Under the pieces are notes generated by a model. The model was given only the letters and a program-made list of their open reading frames with translations. It ran no database searches and was not told the origin of the DNA. From contig NC_000908.2 in assembly GCF_000027325.1 (NCBI RefSeq), positions 60,001 through 92,000 on the forward strand: a DNA stretch of 32,000 nt, read 5' to 3'. Positions 10,511-22,619 of this stretch are shown one piece after another. Each line of letters begins with the position of its first letter. Positions within the stretch are counted from its first letter, which is position 1. Both the position numbers and the translations under genes were made by a program. This stretch comes from Mycoplasmoides genitalium G37 (GTDB taxonomy: Bacteria; Bacillota_I; Bacilli_A; Mycoplasmatales; Mycoplasmoidaceae).

Positions 10511-10529
10511 CAACTAATTAGCGCTTTAG

Positions 10530-12572
10530 ATGTTTAAAAATTTATTAAGACCATCCCTATTTTTTAACTGGAGCCAAAAAACATTTAAAAATAAATTTTC
10601 GTTTTTAAAACAAGCAGCAAATGCATTACAAAAACAGGCTGTTATCAATGATAACAATGTTGCATTTGAAGCTTTAAAAAAGCGTGAAGAAGAGATTACA
10701 ACTGGAATTATTACTAGTTTAGCTTTACCTCACTTACAAAGTCAAAGTGTTATAGAACCTTTTGTTGCTGTATTTAAGGTTAAAAACTTAGATTGACAAT
10801 CATTAGATCAAAAACCAGTTAAATTGATATTTTTAATTGGTGTTCTTGTTGACAAAACCAATTTGCATCTTGATTTCATTAGTAACTTTTCCAAGTTAAT
10901 GTTGAATGAAACATTTGCAAGTAAGGTTTTAAATGTCACTAGCTATAACGGCTTGATTAAACTAATTGATCTTTTTAACCAACAAAAAGTGCAAGACCAA
11001 CCAGCTGTTGAAACAAAAAAAGAGTATGACTTTGTTGCTGTAACAGCATGCCCAACTGGCATTGCCCATACTTTCATGGCTAAAGAAGCGTTGGAAGCAT
11101 TTGCAAAAAAGCATAACTTATATGTAAAAGTTGAAACTCAAGGTACAGATGGGATACAAAATCAACTTACAAGTGACGATATTAATAACGCTAAAGGTGT
11201 TATTCTTGCTTGTGATCGTTTAATTGATTTCTCTAGGTTTTATGCAAATAAGAATGTGATTGAAGTGTCAACTACTAAAGCCATTAAAAAACCTGATGAG
11301 GTGTATGAATTAATTAAAAACCAAAAGGGTAAACAGCTTGCAAATAGTGCTAAACCAACTAATCAAACCCAATTAGCTGAAAGTGAAGGGGAATTCAACT
11401 TTAATAATTTTCACAAGCGGATTTATCGTGCCATTTTAAGTGGTGTTTCTTACATGCTACCATTCGTTGTTTTTGGTGGGATATTAATTGCACTCTCTTT
11501 TCTAATTGATATAAATAACGCTAATAATGCTGGTGGTAACTTTGGCACAATTAATCCTGTTGCTAACTGGTTAAATAAGCTAGGAGGAATTTCCTTTAGT
11601 TTAATTGTTCCTATCTTATCTGCATACATTGCATATGCATTGGTATCAAGACAGGGATTATTACCTGGTTTTGTTGTTGGTTTAATCTCTTCAGGACAAT
11701 TTTTATTAAATATTGTTCTGACCAATGGAACAATTGAATGGTTAGCACCATCACAAGTATCAAGTGGCTTTTTTGGTGCTATCTTTGGAGGACTTTTGAG
11801 TGCTTGCTTAATAATTGTTCAACAAAACTACATCTATAAAAAATTACCTCAATCTTTGCAGGGAATTAAAAACATCTTGTTTATTCCCTTGTTTGGTACT
11901 TTATTCACTGCTGGTTTATTTTGGGTTATTAACATTCCTTTAATTTATCTAAACTATGGATTAAGTCTGTTTTTAAATATTATGAACAGCCCTATCCTAG
12001 CACCTTTACTTGGTTTTGTAATTGGGTTGATGATGTGCTTTGATTTAGGGGGGCCAATTAATAAAGCAGCTTATGTTTTTGGTGTTGTTTCTTTACAAAA
12101 TCAAAATGCAGGAACAATTTCGATGGCTGCAGCTATGCTATCAGGGATGGTACCTCCTTTATCAATTGCTTTGGCAGCTTCCATTCGAAAGAGCTGCTTT
12201 GATAAACAGGAATTACCTGCAGCTTATGCTTGTTATCTGATGGGATTGAGTTTTATTAGTGAAGGTGCTATCCCATTTGTTGTTAAAAAACCTAAGGTGA
12301 TGTTAACTGCTAACTTAATTGCTGGAGCAATTTGTGGAGCATTAACAGGAGCATTTGCCTTATCAATTCGTGCTCCTCATGGCGGTGTTTTTGTGTTTGC
12401 ACTTTTAAAAACTACTTTACAAGGGATTGAAGGAGCTACATTACAAACTGGAGTTGGCATTGGTTTGGCATTGGTTTGTTTAATAATTAGTATGATAGTT
12501 GGTAGTAGTATTATCATTGGCTATGACTTGATTGCAAAACATAACCAAAGAAAGCAAAATCTGAATAGTTAA
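10530..12572 (+). CDS. fruA: PTS fructose-specific EIIABC component
   Basis: Pieces 10530..10796 and 10824..12572 (frame 0) join across TGA 10794-10796 (680 aa). The N-terminus is an EIIA(Fru/Mtl)-type region (LALPHLQS). The EIIB active site is [21 protein letters not shown] long EIIC follows with about 8-10 TM helices. Confidence 0.9.
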
Positions 12573-13434
12573 TTACGCTTGCGCAATTGATTATTATGTT
12601 GATTTAAACAAGCAAAAAAATAGTGTTTTAATACCTGGTGGTAAGGGGATTAATGTTGCTATTGTAATGAAATCACTTGGTTTTGATCCAACTGTCATTA
12701 CTTTTTTGGGACAACCCACTAAAAACTTATTTTTAGAGTTGGTAAAACCTTATGATCTAAATATAGTTAGCTTCATTTCTGAAACTAAAACAAGAATTAA
12801 CCTTAAGTTATTAAAAGATGAAAAAACTACTGAAATTAATGATTTAAGTCCTTTAATAACAGATGCTAATCTAACTGAATTGTTAACTTTTTTAAAAGCT
12901 AATGTTAAGAATAATGATTTGGTTATCATCAACGGAAGATTTAAATTTGAAGCTTTAGAAAAAGTTCTAAACTTGGTCTTTACATTAACAGAAAATGTGG
13001 TTATAGATGTTGATGAAAGCAAAATGTTAACGCTTTTAAATCAGTCTAAACCACTAGTTATGAAACCTAACATTGATGAGTTTCAAACTATGATTAATAC
13101 TTTTTTTCACGATCAACAAAGCTTAATAGCAGCAATTAAAAAATTTCATTACTGTAAGCTCTTATTATTATCTGATGGTGACAAAGGAGCTTATCTTTTT
13201 GATCAGAATAAGTTATTGTTTGTAAGTTCTATCACTCCTAAACAAGTAGTTAGCACCACAGGAGCAGGTGATACTTTGTTGGCAGTTTTTTTAGCAAATT
13301 TGATTCTAAAGGTAGATTTAAAAACTGCTTTGATTAAAGCAACTAACTATGCAAGTGCAACAATTAGTAAGTTAGGTGTTGTTGATAGTAAAGACAAAAT
13401 TAGTGTTATAACCCCAAAAAGTTACTATTTATAA
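12523..13434 (+). CDS. fruK: 1-phosphofructokinase (PfkB family)
   Basis: Motifs [21 protein letters not shown] and LMKPNIDEF. The ORF-track start 12667 is too late, because frame 1 upstream reads ...[34 protein letters not shown]. The candidate ATG 12523 lies 50 nt inside fruA. TTG 12532 or a non-canonical start near 12559 are also possible. Confidence 0.83.
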
Positions 13435-13444
13435 TTAATATTTG

Positions 13445-13648
13445 ATGGTAAAAAGAAAGCGAAAGCCTAAGCTTAATTCGCGTAATATTTTAACTATCCA
13501 GATTGTTTTAACAATCTTTAGTATGATCTTTTTTCTTACTTTGCTATCTTTAATCTTGTTTTTGAGTTTGCAAAGTAATTTAGCTACAGCTTTAGTTGAA
13601 AACAGAAATAAAGCTGTGGAACTTGTAGATAACATTGTCTTTTTTTAA
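13445..13648 (+). CDS. Possible small membrane protein (67 aa)
   Basis: MVKRKRKPKLNSRNILTIQIVLTIFSMIFFLTLLSLILFLSL... has a basic N-terminus followed by one long hydrophobic helix, and ends at a true TAA. It fills an otherwise empty 255-nt gap between fruK and the ABC permease. I recognise no homology, and a mirror ORF lies on the other strand. Confidence 0.3.
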   Translation: MVKRKRKPKLNSRNILTIQIVLTIFSMIFFLTLLSLILFLSLQSNLATALVENRNKAVELVDNIVFF

Positions 13649-13689
13649 AAGAACTGATTTTTAAATTTGTCTCTGACTAATTTATTAGT

Positions 13690-16600
13690 GTGTTAAACCT
13701 AATTAAAAATGTTATTCGTTCTTTAAAGAGTGCTAAGATTGCTTTAATAGCGTTAACTTTTTTAATTTTTGTTGCTGTTGGTGGTTTTGTGTTGTTAAAT
13801 AACACAGTTAATAATTTTAACGCTGCTTTTAACTATGTCACCCACACTGGTAAATTAAGCAATGCCATCATTAATGAGCGTTATGACTTTGGTAAATTAG
13901 AGTTTCAAGAACAGACCAATAATTCTCAGAATAGTAGCGACAGTTTTACTTTAACTTTAACTAATGATTCAAGAACAAGTTTTATTAATAATGCCTTGAG
14001 AACTAACCCTTCTTTGTATGAAGGATTAGTAACCCAAACTTTTAGCTATCAAAACAAAACTGAAATGACTGAAAAAACCAATATAGTTAATCAGTCTAAA
14101 ATTATTGCTGCTAACAATCTTAACAATGCATTAAGTAAAGATAAACAGCTCTTAGTTTCAGGTCAACTTGAAAAACTAAATGCTGTTTTTCGGGAATATA
14201 AAGCTATTAATATTACTGACAAAAGTGTTTTTAAAAAATTGATAGTATCAGAACCTAATGATTTGGTAAATAGCCTAGTTATTTTTGATGGTCAAAATTT
14301 ATCTAGCTCCAAACAAAGTGATTTCAATAATTTTTTAAATCAATTTAACGAAATTAAATCAAAGGGTAAAGATAATTTAAGTACTACTTTAAAAACTGGG
14401 CAGTATCAGGCATTTTTACAAACTCTTTTTGATTATGCTCAAGCGAGTGAAACAACATTAAAAGATCAGCTTCAAAAGTTAATTTCAAATCCAGATTCAA
14501 GTGAAACAAATCAGGTTAAAAATCTCTTTGATACTCCAAGTACGCTTACTAATATTGGGGGTCAATTAACCTTACAATGAACAGAAAATAGCCTAACAAA
14601 ACAGATAGTTATCTTTGATCCTAGTAGTTATGAAACAATAGTCGCTCCTGGTAACTGAACTTATCAACAACAATTAGGTAAAGAAGTTTATCCTGATATT
14701 AACAACTGAGAAAGTATTAAAAAACTACCACTTGAACAATTTGAAAGTGAATTTTTAAAAATTGATCAAAAGTATAAGATCAGTATTGATAATATCGATT
14801 ATTTAGTTATTGGGGTTGGAATTAGTCCAGATTTTGTTTATCCTGTTTTTAGTGCATCTTTAATTGTTCCTAACATTGAAAATGAACAACTTTACTATGT
14901 TAACCAAACTGGATATGAAAGAACTTTTTCCTCTTTTTTAACAAATCCAGTTGAAACAGCAATAGTAGCAAGATTGATTAATCTTGAAAGTGATCTTAAT
15001 ACTATCAACCAGTGAGCTGTTGAAAACATGTCATGACCAACAAACATTAAAGCTGCATACAGTAGTTCTGATACCACTAATATTTTGAATTTATTAGCAG
15101 CAAGAACAGTTTTTATCCCTAATCTAATTAACACAATTAATTTAGTGGCTTTGTTTTTAACTATTGCTATCCTAACTGTTGCTATAATTGTCAGCATTTT
15201 AATCCTGATTAGTTATTTAAAGAAAAACACTGAGCAAATTGGCATTTTAAAAGCAAATGGGTTAAGTGGTAAAAAGATTAACCTTAGCTTGTTAATCTTT
15301 GGGTTAATTCCTGCTATAGTAGGTGCTATTTCTGGATATAGCTTTGGAATTGGATTTCAAGACGTAGCTATTCATCTATTTAGTAACTATTGATTTATAC
15401 CAACAGCAACATCAAGTTTTTCAGTAGTAGGATTGTTGTTTTTTTCACTGTTTGTTATCTTAATTATGAGTAGTATATCGCTTTTAGTGGGATCAATTAT
15501 CTTAAAGAAGGATGTTGTAAAGATTTTAAAGCATGACAGTGAATTTAAAGTTTCAAGATTAGGACTTAGTTCTAAGAAATTGTTTGCTAGGTTTGGTATT
15601 ATGACCAGGTTTAGAGTAGCATTAGCATTTAACGCTCCTTGAAAATTAGTTTTTCTAACCTTGATGAGTTCATTTACAATGATGATTTTAAACCTTAGTT
15701 TTGCAACTAAAGATAGCTTTGAAAATGCTCAATCAAAAACTAATTTAACTAATCAGAACCACCAATATGAATTTGAACTCGCTTCAGCAACAACACAAAG
15801 TGGTTTATTGAAGTGACAGTTATTTGCAGAACTAGGTACAACTGATAAAAGAAGTGAAAGTAGTGTAAAGCTTGCAAATAAAAGGATGGATATTAGTAAT
15901 GTTGATGCATCTAAAGATTGAAAGAACCAACAAGTAATTAATTTTTTAAGCGATGCTAGTGGCTTTAGTAATGATTTAAATTACCTTGAAAACATTGTTC
16001 AATCCAAGATAGGTTTAGACTATTCATTGGGATTTAACAATATTGTTTCAAATCCCTGAAGGTTAAGTGAAACATTAATGCCAACTAACCAAGCATCTGC
16101 TTCCAACACTGCTTTTCAAAATTTTTTAAAAGCAATCATTACTATAAATCCAAGCCAAGGATCGCAATTCATTAAACAAACCCAAGATCCATTAACAAAA
16201 AGATTTATCTATGCAATTGACAGTGATAAGGCATTAAAAAATAATAATGAACAAAACGGTTCCCAAAACCACTTAACTTTAAATGATGATTTTGCTAAAT
16301 TTCTCTACAGTCAATTTGAATTAATTAAAAAGAGTGGGAATGCAAGTAATGAAGATTTAAATGCAATTGATTTTGAAAACCCCCAAACAATCAGAGATTT
16401 TTACAACAAGTACAATGCTTTACCACCATTAGATTACAAACTTAGCTTTAATGTAATAGGTTTACCCAAAGAGACAATTGCTGGACAAATTGACACCCCT
16501 AAGTATGGATTTTTAACCCTTCATGGTGAATATCAAAATACTCCTATCAAGATTAAAGGTATTAAAGATTGAAAAGATAAAGTGGATAATTTAGGTCCAG

Positions 16601-17685
16601 TTTTGAGTGATCAAAACAACCACATTATTAATCAAGAATTGTTTAAAAATTATTCTTTTGATCCTTTGATAGTTAACAATTCTGCTGCAAAAAAATACCA
16701 ACTTGCAATAGGTAGTGAGATTAATATTGCAGTTAACAACAGCTTCAAACGGATTGACAATAAGATCATTAATCAAGATCCTTTAGTGAATGCTACCTTT
16801 AGAGTTGTAGGGATTAACAATTCCGCTCATGATCCTGAATTTTTCACTAGTTATAGTACTGCTTTTAAAGTATTGGAATATCCCAATGAATGGTTCGTAA
16901 AAAAACTTCCATTTAATAGCTTCTATGCTAATTCGCTTTTAAGTTTTGTTCAATCTACTTCGCTATTTTCTGAATCTGGTATTTTTCCTGCTACTAGTAG
17001 TTTTTCAACTAATAACACTGTACTTGTTGAGTTAATTAAAAAAACCATTAATTACAAGAATGGTCAAATGAATCAAACTTCAAGTAATGACTCTTCTAAG
17101 AAAGAAAATTACCAAAAATTGCAAAAAGCATTAGGAATATCAACTGATTTGGAGATTAGTAAAGTTAATGAATATGTTGCTATCTTAGCAAGGGTTTATA
17201 ATGGTTTACCTTACAACTCTACTATTAGCTTTATTAGCAATGTTGCTGCTAACAACGCTTTATTTGGAAATATTGCTAACACCACCAAGCAGATTCAAGC
17301 TGTTGTAATTGCAGTGATTATTCCTATAATCATGTTGATTATTCTTTTGGTTTCAACTACCTTAATTCAAGAGTTGAAAAAAATTGCTATTAGATTAAAA
17401 GCATTGGGATATTCCAATTTAAAAATTCTCGCTTCATTTTTATCAATATACATCCCTTTATTTGCCTTTGGTTTGTTGATTTCTATCCCCTTTTCTATCT
17501 ATCTAATTGCACTACATAATGAGGTAATTTTTGCAAGCTCATCGATCTTTTTAGATGCTTTTTTAAGTTTTGAAAGTGCAATTGGTTCAATGTTAGTTTT
17601 ACTAGCGGTTTTATCAATTACCTTTGTGTTGAATTGATTAGAGTTGAACAAAATTAAGATTGACAAGGAAATCAAAAACTCCTAA
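13690..17685 (+). CDS. ABC transporter permease, tandem FtsX/MacB-type domains with two very large extracytoplasmic regions (1331 aa)
   Basis: Five frame-1 pieces (13690..14580, 15085..15393, 15433..15642, 16078..16572, 16582..17637) join. I read 14578..15090 codon by codon and found only TGA interruptions. The gene ends at TAA 17683-17685. The N-terminus [22 protein letters not shown] is typical of FtsX permeases. TM clusters lie at about 15090-15660 and 17280-17640. The start is GTG, directly after an upstream TAA. Confidence 0.85.
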
Positions 17686-19085
17686 TGGATTTTTTCTCTT
17701 TAAACAAAATCATAAAACCCAACCAGAAATTCACTAGTAATGAAGCTGAATTTCTACAGATAGCTACTGATTATTTGGAGGAAAGTCAAAACTATCTTCA
17801 AAAGGGTTTAAAGCAATTAAAAAAAGAATATAAAAGATCCATTATTTATAACCCTAACCTTGAATATAAACGCTTTGTTAAATGAAAAGAAAATTTCACT
17901 GAAACATTTGAAAGTTATTATGACAGGTTTTTTATTACCAAATACAACCATTATTCACTAAGCTTACTTTTTAGCTTTATTAATGAACAGATTGAAACAG
18001 TTATTGCTAGTTACAACTCATTTCTAAATGAGCATAATAAGTTAGCTTTTAATAAAGTTAGTTTTAGTTTTGAAAAGAAACTTTTTGAAGCTACACAACA
18101 GTTTAATAACTTAGAAAAAAACACTGCTATTAGTGATGATTTACCGCTCCAGTTTAAAGTTAGAACAACTCAACTAAAAGCCCAAAGAGAAAGGGAATTG
18201 AAGAACTTGTTGAATAAAATCAAGCTTAAAAATTTAAGTGAAAAAAAACAAGAAATTTTGTTAAATAACTGGTTTAATAGCAACGAACGTTTGTTTTTAA
18301 AAAATGAAGTGAAAAAGGTTAATTGACTAAACTCGCCAAGACAAAAACAACAAGCAGCTCAAATTGATGATCAAAACATTATTGAATTGAAAAATGTGTA
18401 TAAATACATCACTAATGGCATTACTACAAATGCAGTTCTTAAAGGAGTTGATCTTGCCATTAAAAGTCATGATTTTATTGTGATTTTAGGCCCTTCAGGA
18501 TCTGGTAAAACCACATTACTAAACATTATTTCAGGGATGGATAGAGCTTCTAGTGGTAGTGTTATTGTCAATGGTTATAACATGATTTGTTTAAATGATA
18601 GAAAGCTCACTAAATTCCGTCAAAAGTATGTTGGTTACATCTTTCAACAATACGGTTTATTACCTAATTTAACAGTTAGAGAAAACATTGAGATAGGAGC
18701 AAATCTTCAACCAGATCCTAGTAAAAGGATCAGCATTGATGCACTTTTAGAAGCGGTTGGGATGGATAGTTTGCAAAAGAAGCTTCCTAATGAATTGAGT
18801 GGTGGGCAACAGCAACGTGTTTCCATTGCAAGAGCTTTTGCTAAAAACCCCTTATTAATTTTTGGTGATGAACCTACTGGGGCACTTGATCTTGAGATGA
18901 CCCAAATTGTTTTAAAACAGTTTTTAGCAATTAAAAAGCGTTATCAAACGACAATGATTATTGTTACCCACAACAATTTAATTGCTAACTTAGCTGATTT
19001 AGTTATCTATGTAGCAGATGGAAAAATAAAATCACTACACAGGAACTTAAATCCTAAACAGGTTGAAGAGATCCATTGAATTTAG
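17685..19085 (+). CDS. ABC transporter ATP-binding protein with a roughly 230-aa N-terminal extension (466 aa)
   Basis: Pieces 17685..17885 and 18387..19079 (frame 0) join across TGAs; I read 17883..18390 and found no TAA/TAG. Read-through of TGA 19077-19079 gives W-I-stop (TAG 19083-19085). Motifs: Walker A GPSGSGKTT, signature LSGGQQQRV, Walker B LIFGDEPTGALD. The ATG overlaps the permease stop (TAATG). Confidence 0.9.
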
Positions 19086-19088
19086 ATT

Positions 19089-21035
19089 ATGAAATACTTA
19101 TATGCCACTCAACACCTTACTTTAAATGCTATTAAGCATGCTAAGGGAGGACATGTTGGCATGGCCATTGGTGCAAGTCCTATCTTATTTAGTTTATTTA
19201 CTAAACACTTTCACTTTGATCCTGACCAACCAAAGTGGATCAACAGAGATCGCTTTGTTTTAAGTGCTGGCCATGGTAGCATGGCATTATATTCAATTTT
19301 CCATTTTGCCGGACTTATTTCTAAACAAGAGATCTTACAGCATAAACATGGTCAAATTAACACTTCTTCCCATCCTGAATATGCTCCAAATAACTTCATA
19401 GATGCATCAACAGGCCCTTTAGGTCAAGGCTTTGGCATGGCAGTTGGCATGGTGTTAGCACAAAAGTTATTAGCTAATGAATTTAAAGAGCTAAGTGATA
19501 AATTGTTTGACCATTACACCTATGTGGTTGTTGGGGATGGAGATCTACAGGAGGGGGTTAGTTATGAAGTTAGTCAAATTGCTGGGTTATATAAATTAAA
19601 TAAACTAATTGTGCTTCATGATTCAAATAGAGTGCAAATGGATAGTGAAGTAAAAAAAGTTGCTAATGAAAATCTAAAGGTTAGGTTTGAAAACGTTGGT
19701 TGGAATTACATCCATACTGATGATCAACTAGAAAATATTGATCAAGCTATTATTAAAGCCAAACAATCAGATAAGCCAACTTTTATTGAAGTGAGAACAA
19801 CTATTGCTAAAAACACCCACCTTGAAGATCAGTATGGAGGACATTGGTTTATTCCCAATGAAGTGGACTTTCAACTTTTTGAGAAAAGAACAAATACTAA
19901 CTTTAACTTTTTTAATTATCCAGATAGTATTTACCACTGATTCAAACAAACTGTTATTGAAAGACAAAAACAAATTAAAGAAGATTACAACAATTTGCTA
20001 ATTTCTCTTAAAGACAAACCACTTTTTAAAAAATTTACTAATTGGATTGACAGTGATTTTCAAGCCCTTTATCTTAACCAACTAGATGAAAAGAAAGTAG
20101 CAAAAAAAGATAGTGCTACTAGAAACTATTTAAAAGATTTTTTAAACCAAATTAATAATCCTAATTCCAACTTGTATTGCTTAAATGCTGATGTATCACG
20201 TTCTTGTTTTATCAAGATAGGTGATGATAATCTCCATGAAAATCCTTGTTCTAGAAATATCCAAATAGGAATTAGGGAGTTTGCAATGGCAACAATAATG
20301 AATGGTATGGCACTTCATGGTGGTATTAAAGTGATGGGTGGTACTTTTTTAGCATTTGCTGATTATTCAAAGCCAGCAATTCGCTTAGGTGCATTAATGA
20401 ACTTACCAGTATTTTATGTTTATACCCATGACTCTTATCAAGTAGGGGGTGATGGTCCTACTCATCAACCCTATGATCAACTACCAATGTTAAGAGCAAT
20501 TGAAAATGTTTGTGTATTTCGTCCTTGTGATGAAAAGGAAACTTGTGCTGGATTTAACTATGGTCTTTTAAGTCAAGATCAGACAACTGTTTTGGTTTTA
20601 ACACGTCAACCCTTAAAATCCATTGATAACACTGATAGTTTAAAAACACTGAAGGGTGGTTATATCCTTTTGGATAGAAAACAACCTGATTTAATTATTG
20701 CTGCTAGTGGTAGTGAAGTGCAACTTGCAATAGAGTTTGAAAAAGTTTTAACTAAACAAAATGTAAAGGTAAGAATTCTGTCAGTTCCCAATATAACTTT
20801 ACTTTTAAAACAAGATGAAAAATATCTAAAGAGTTTATTTGATGCTAACAGTTCACTTATCACCATAGAAGCTAGTAGTAGCTATGAGTGGTTTTGCTTT
20901 AAGAAGTATGTTAAAAACCATGCTCATTTAGGAGCTTTTAGTTTTGGTGAATCTGATGATGGAGATAAAGTTTATCAGCAAAAAGGGTTTAATCTGGAAA
21001 GGTTAATGAAAATATTTACTTCCCTAAGAAATTAA
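19089..21035 (+). CDS. tkt: Transketolase
   Basis: Pieces 19089..19940 and 19995..21035 join across TGA 19938-19940 (648 aa). Motifs: GGHVGMAIGASPI, GDGDLQEGVSYE (ThDP motif), THDSYQVGGDGPTHQP. Confidence 0.93.
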
Positions 21036-21045
21036 AATTATCTTA

Positions 21046-22596
21046 ATGTTGTATAGGTTTTGAAAAACAGGATTGGCAATTTTTATGCCTGGTTGCATCT
21101 TACTTTCATCCTGTTCTTTTAGAAGTTATATCCCAACTCCTAGTTTAAGAAATACTGTTGGTAATCACAACAGTTATGTTAATAATACTGTCCCTAAAAA
21201 CAATTTTTATGAAAAGTTTTATGATCTAACTTTTGCTTTAAATTTCACTAATCAGAAAACTCAAGAGTTTGGTACTGGTTGGTTAATTGACTGAAAAGGA
21301 GATGAAACTAAAGATCTTAATACATTAACTATTGCTAGTTCTTCTATTATTTCCTCTGTAAGTAATCATTCTTTAAAAGAAAAACAAGATGACAAGCTTT
21401 TTATTGCTTATATTGCCACCAATTTACATCTGATAGATGGTTTAAAGAATGATCATGATTATCAACCATACAATAAAGATGGAAATGGTCTTAGTTTTCC
21501 ATTTGATCAAAAAACCCAATCATTCTTATTGGGTAGGTTTGCCAATCCTAAGATAAATTCCAAACCAGAAGAGATGAACTACCAAGTTCAAACTCGTTTA
21601 AAACAAGATGCAATGGTGTTTATCCAAACCAGTACTTTACCTAAAACTGCTTATGCAGGAATTGATCCTATTAACTTTGATTACCATGAAACTAGTGATG
21701 AGAGTGGATTTTGAACTAAAAAACAAAGCACTGCAAACTTCCCTAGAACAAGAACATTAAAAAGTTATGCTGATTTTGCAGTTTTAGAGGTACCCTTATT
21801 CTTAGATAATGCTAATGATGCCAAGATTTATCAAGAGTGAATTAGACCAGCAGTTCAAGCTTATAAGGAGCTAGGGGATGTTGAAAATATTTTTGCTAAA
21901 ACCCCATACGCTGAATATATTAATAACACCTACTACTTATTGGGTTATCCTGTTACTAATAACAATAAGTATCAGTTTATCTTAGGTCAAGATGAAAAGT
22001 GAAAGTTTTCTCAACAAACTTCTGTATTAAAGCACTATCAAAAACAACCTCTTCAACAAAGAACAGTTTATGTTGAACGTGATGATGGTCTTCCTACATT
22101 AACTTTTAATGAAGATAAACTCACTCATGTTCAAGGTACTGATCTAATTAATGTTGATCAGATTACCGATACTAATTTAGGAAATGGCTTAATAAATTAT
22201 GCTGGTTTATCACGCTTTACTTTAAGCTATCACAATGTTGAATATAAGTTATTTGGTTATGGCACTATTTTAAATAATACTAATTTTCCAGGTGGATCTT
22301 CTGGTAGTGCTGTTTTCAACAAGGAAAAACAACTAACAAGTATTTACTTTGGTTCACTGATTAATGTAACAACTGGAAATAACAGGAATGTTAATTTAGG
22401 TTTGGGTCAAATTCTTCGTACTTATAACACTAATAATAGTAAGCACAGTGCACCATCATCATATGATTTAATTTTTGGTGATAAAAACACCATCAAGTTT
22501 TATGCACAGTTTGCAAAAGAAAAGCAAACTCATCTTTGAAATAAAATTCAAACATCTGTTAACTCTTCAATCAGCTTTTACAAAGACAAAAAATAA
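21046..22596 (+). CDS. Lipoprotein with a trypsin-like serine-protease-type domain (DUF31-like), paralogue 1 (516 aa)
   Basis: ATG 21046 gives MLYRFWKTGLAIFMPGCILLSSCSF, a signal peptide with lipobox LSSC. I read frame 1 through all TGAs to TAA 22594-22596. Motifs: GTGWLIDW, ATNLHLIDG, YADFAVLEVPLF, FPGGSSGSAVFN. Confidence 0.85.
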
Positions 22597-22619
22597 TAAT
22601 TAACTAACAATTTGTATTT

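Noticed and set aside
11450-13022. Minus-strand ORFs 11450..11725 and 12750..13022.
   Set aside because: They lie entirely within, and antisense to, the well-supported fruA and fruK genes.
13435-13635. Minus-strand 66-aa ORF in the fruK/ABC gap.
   Set aside because: It is the mirror of the plus-strand 67-aa ORF. The plus-strand version has the more protein-like layout (a basic N-terminus followed by a TM helix) and matches the orientation of its neighbours. Neither ORF is proven.
14895-16776. Minus-strand ORFs 14895..15197 and 16591..16776.
   Set aside because: They are antisense to the continuous 1331-aa ABC permease frame.
19767-20866. ORFs 19767..19973 (-), 19804..20001 (+) and 20660..20866 (-).
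   Set aside because: They are alternative-frame or antisense ORFs inside transketolase, whose frame carries all the catalytic motifs.
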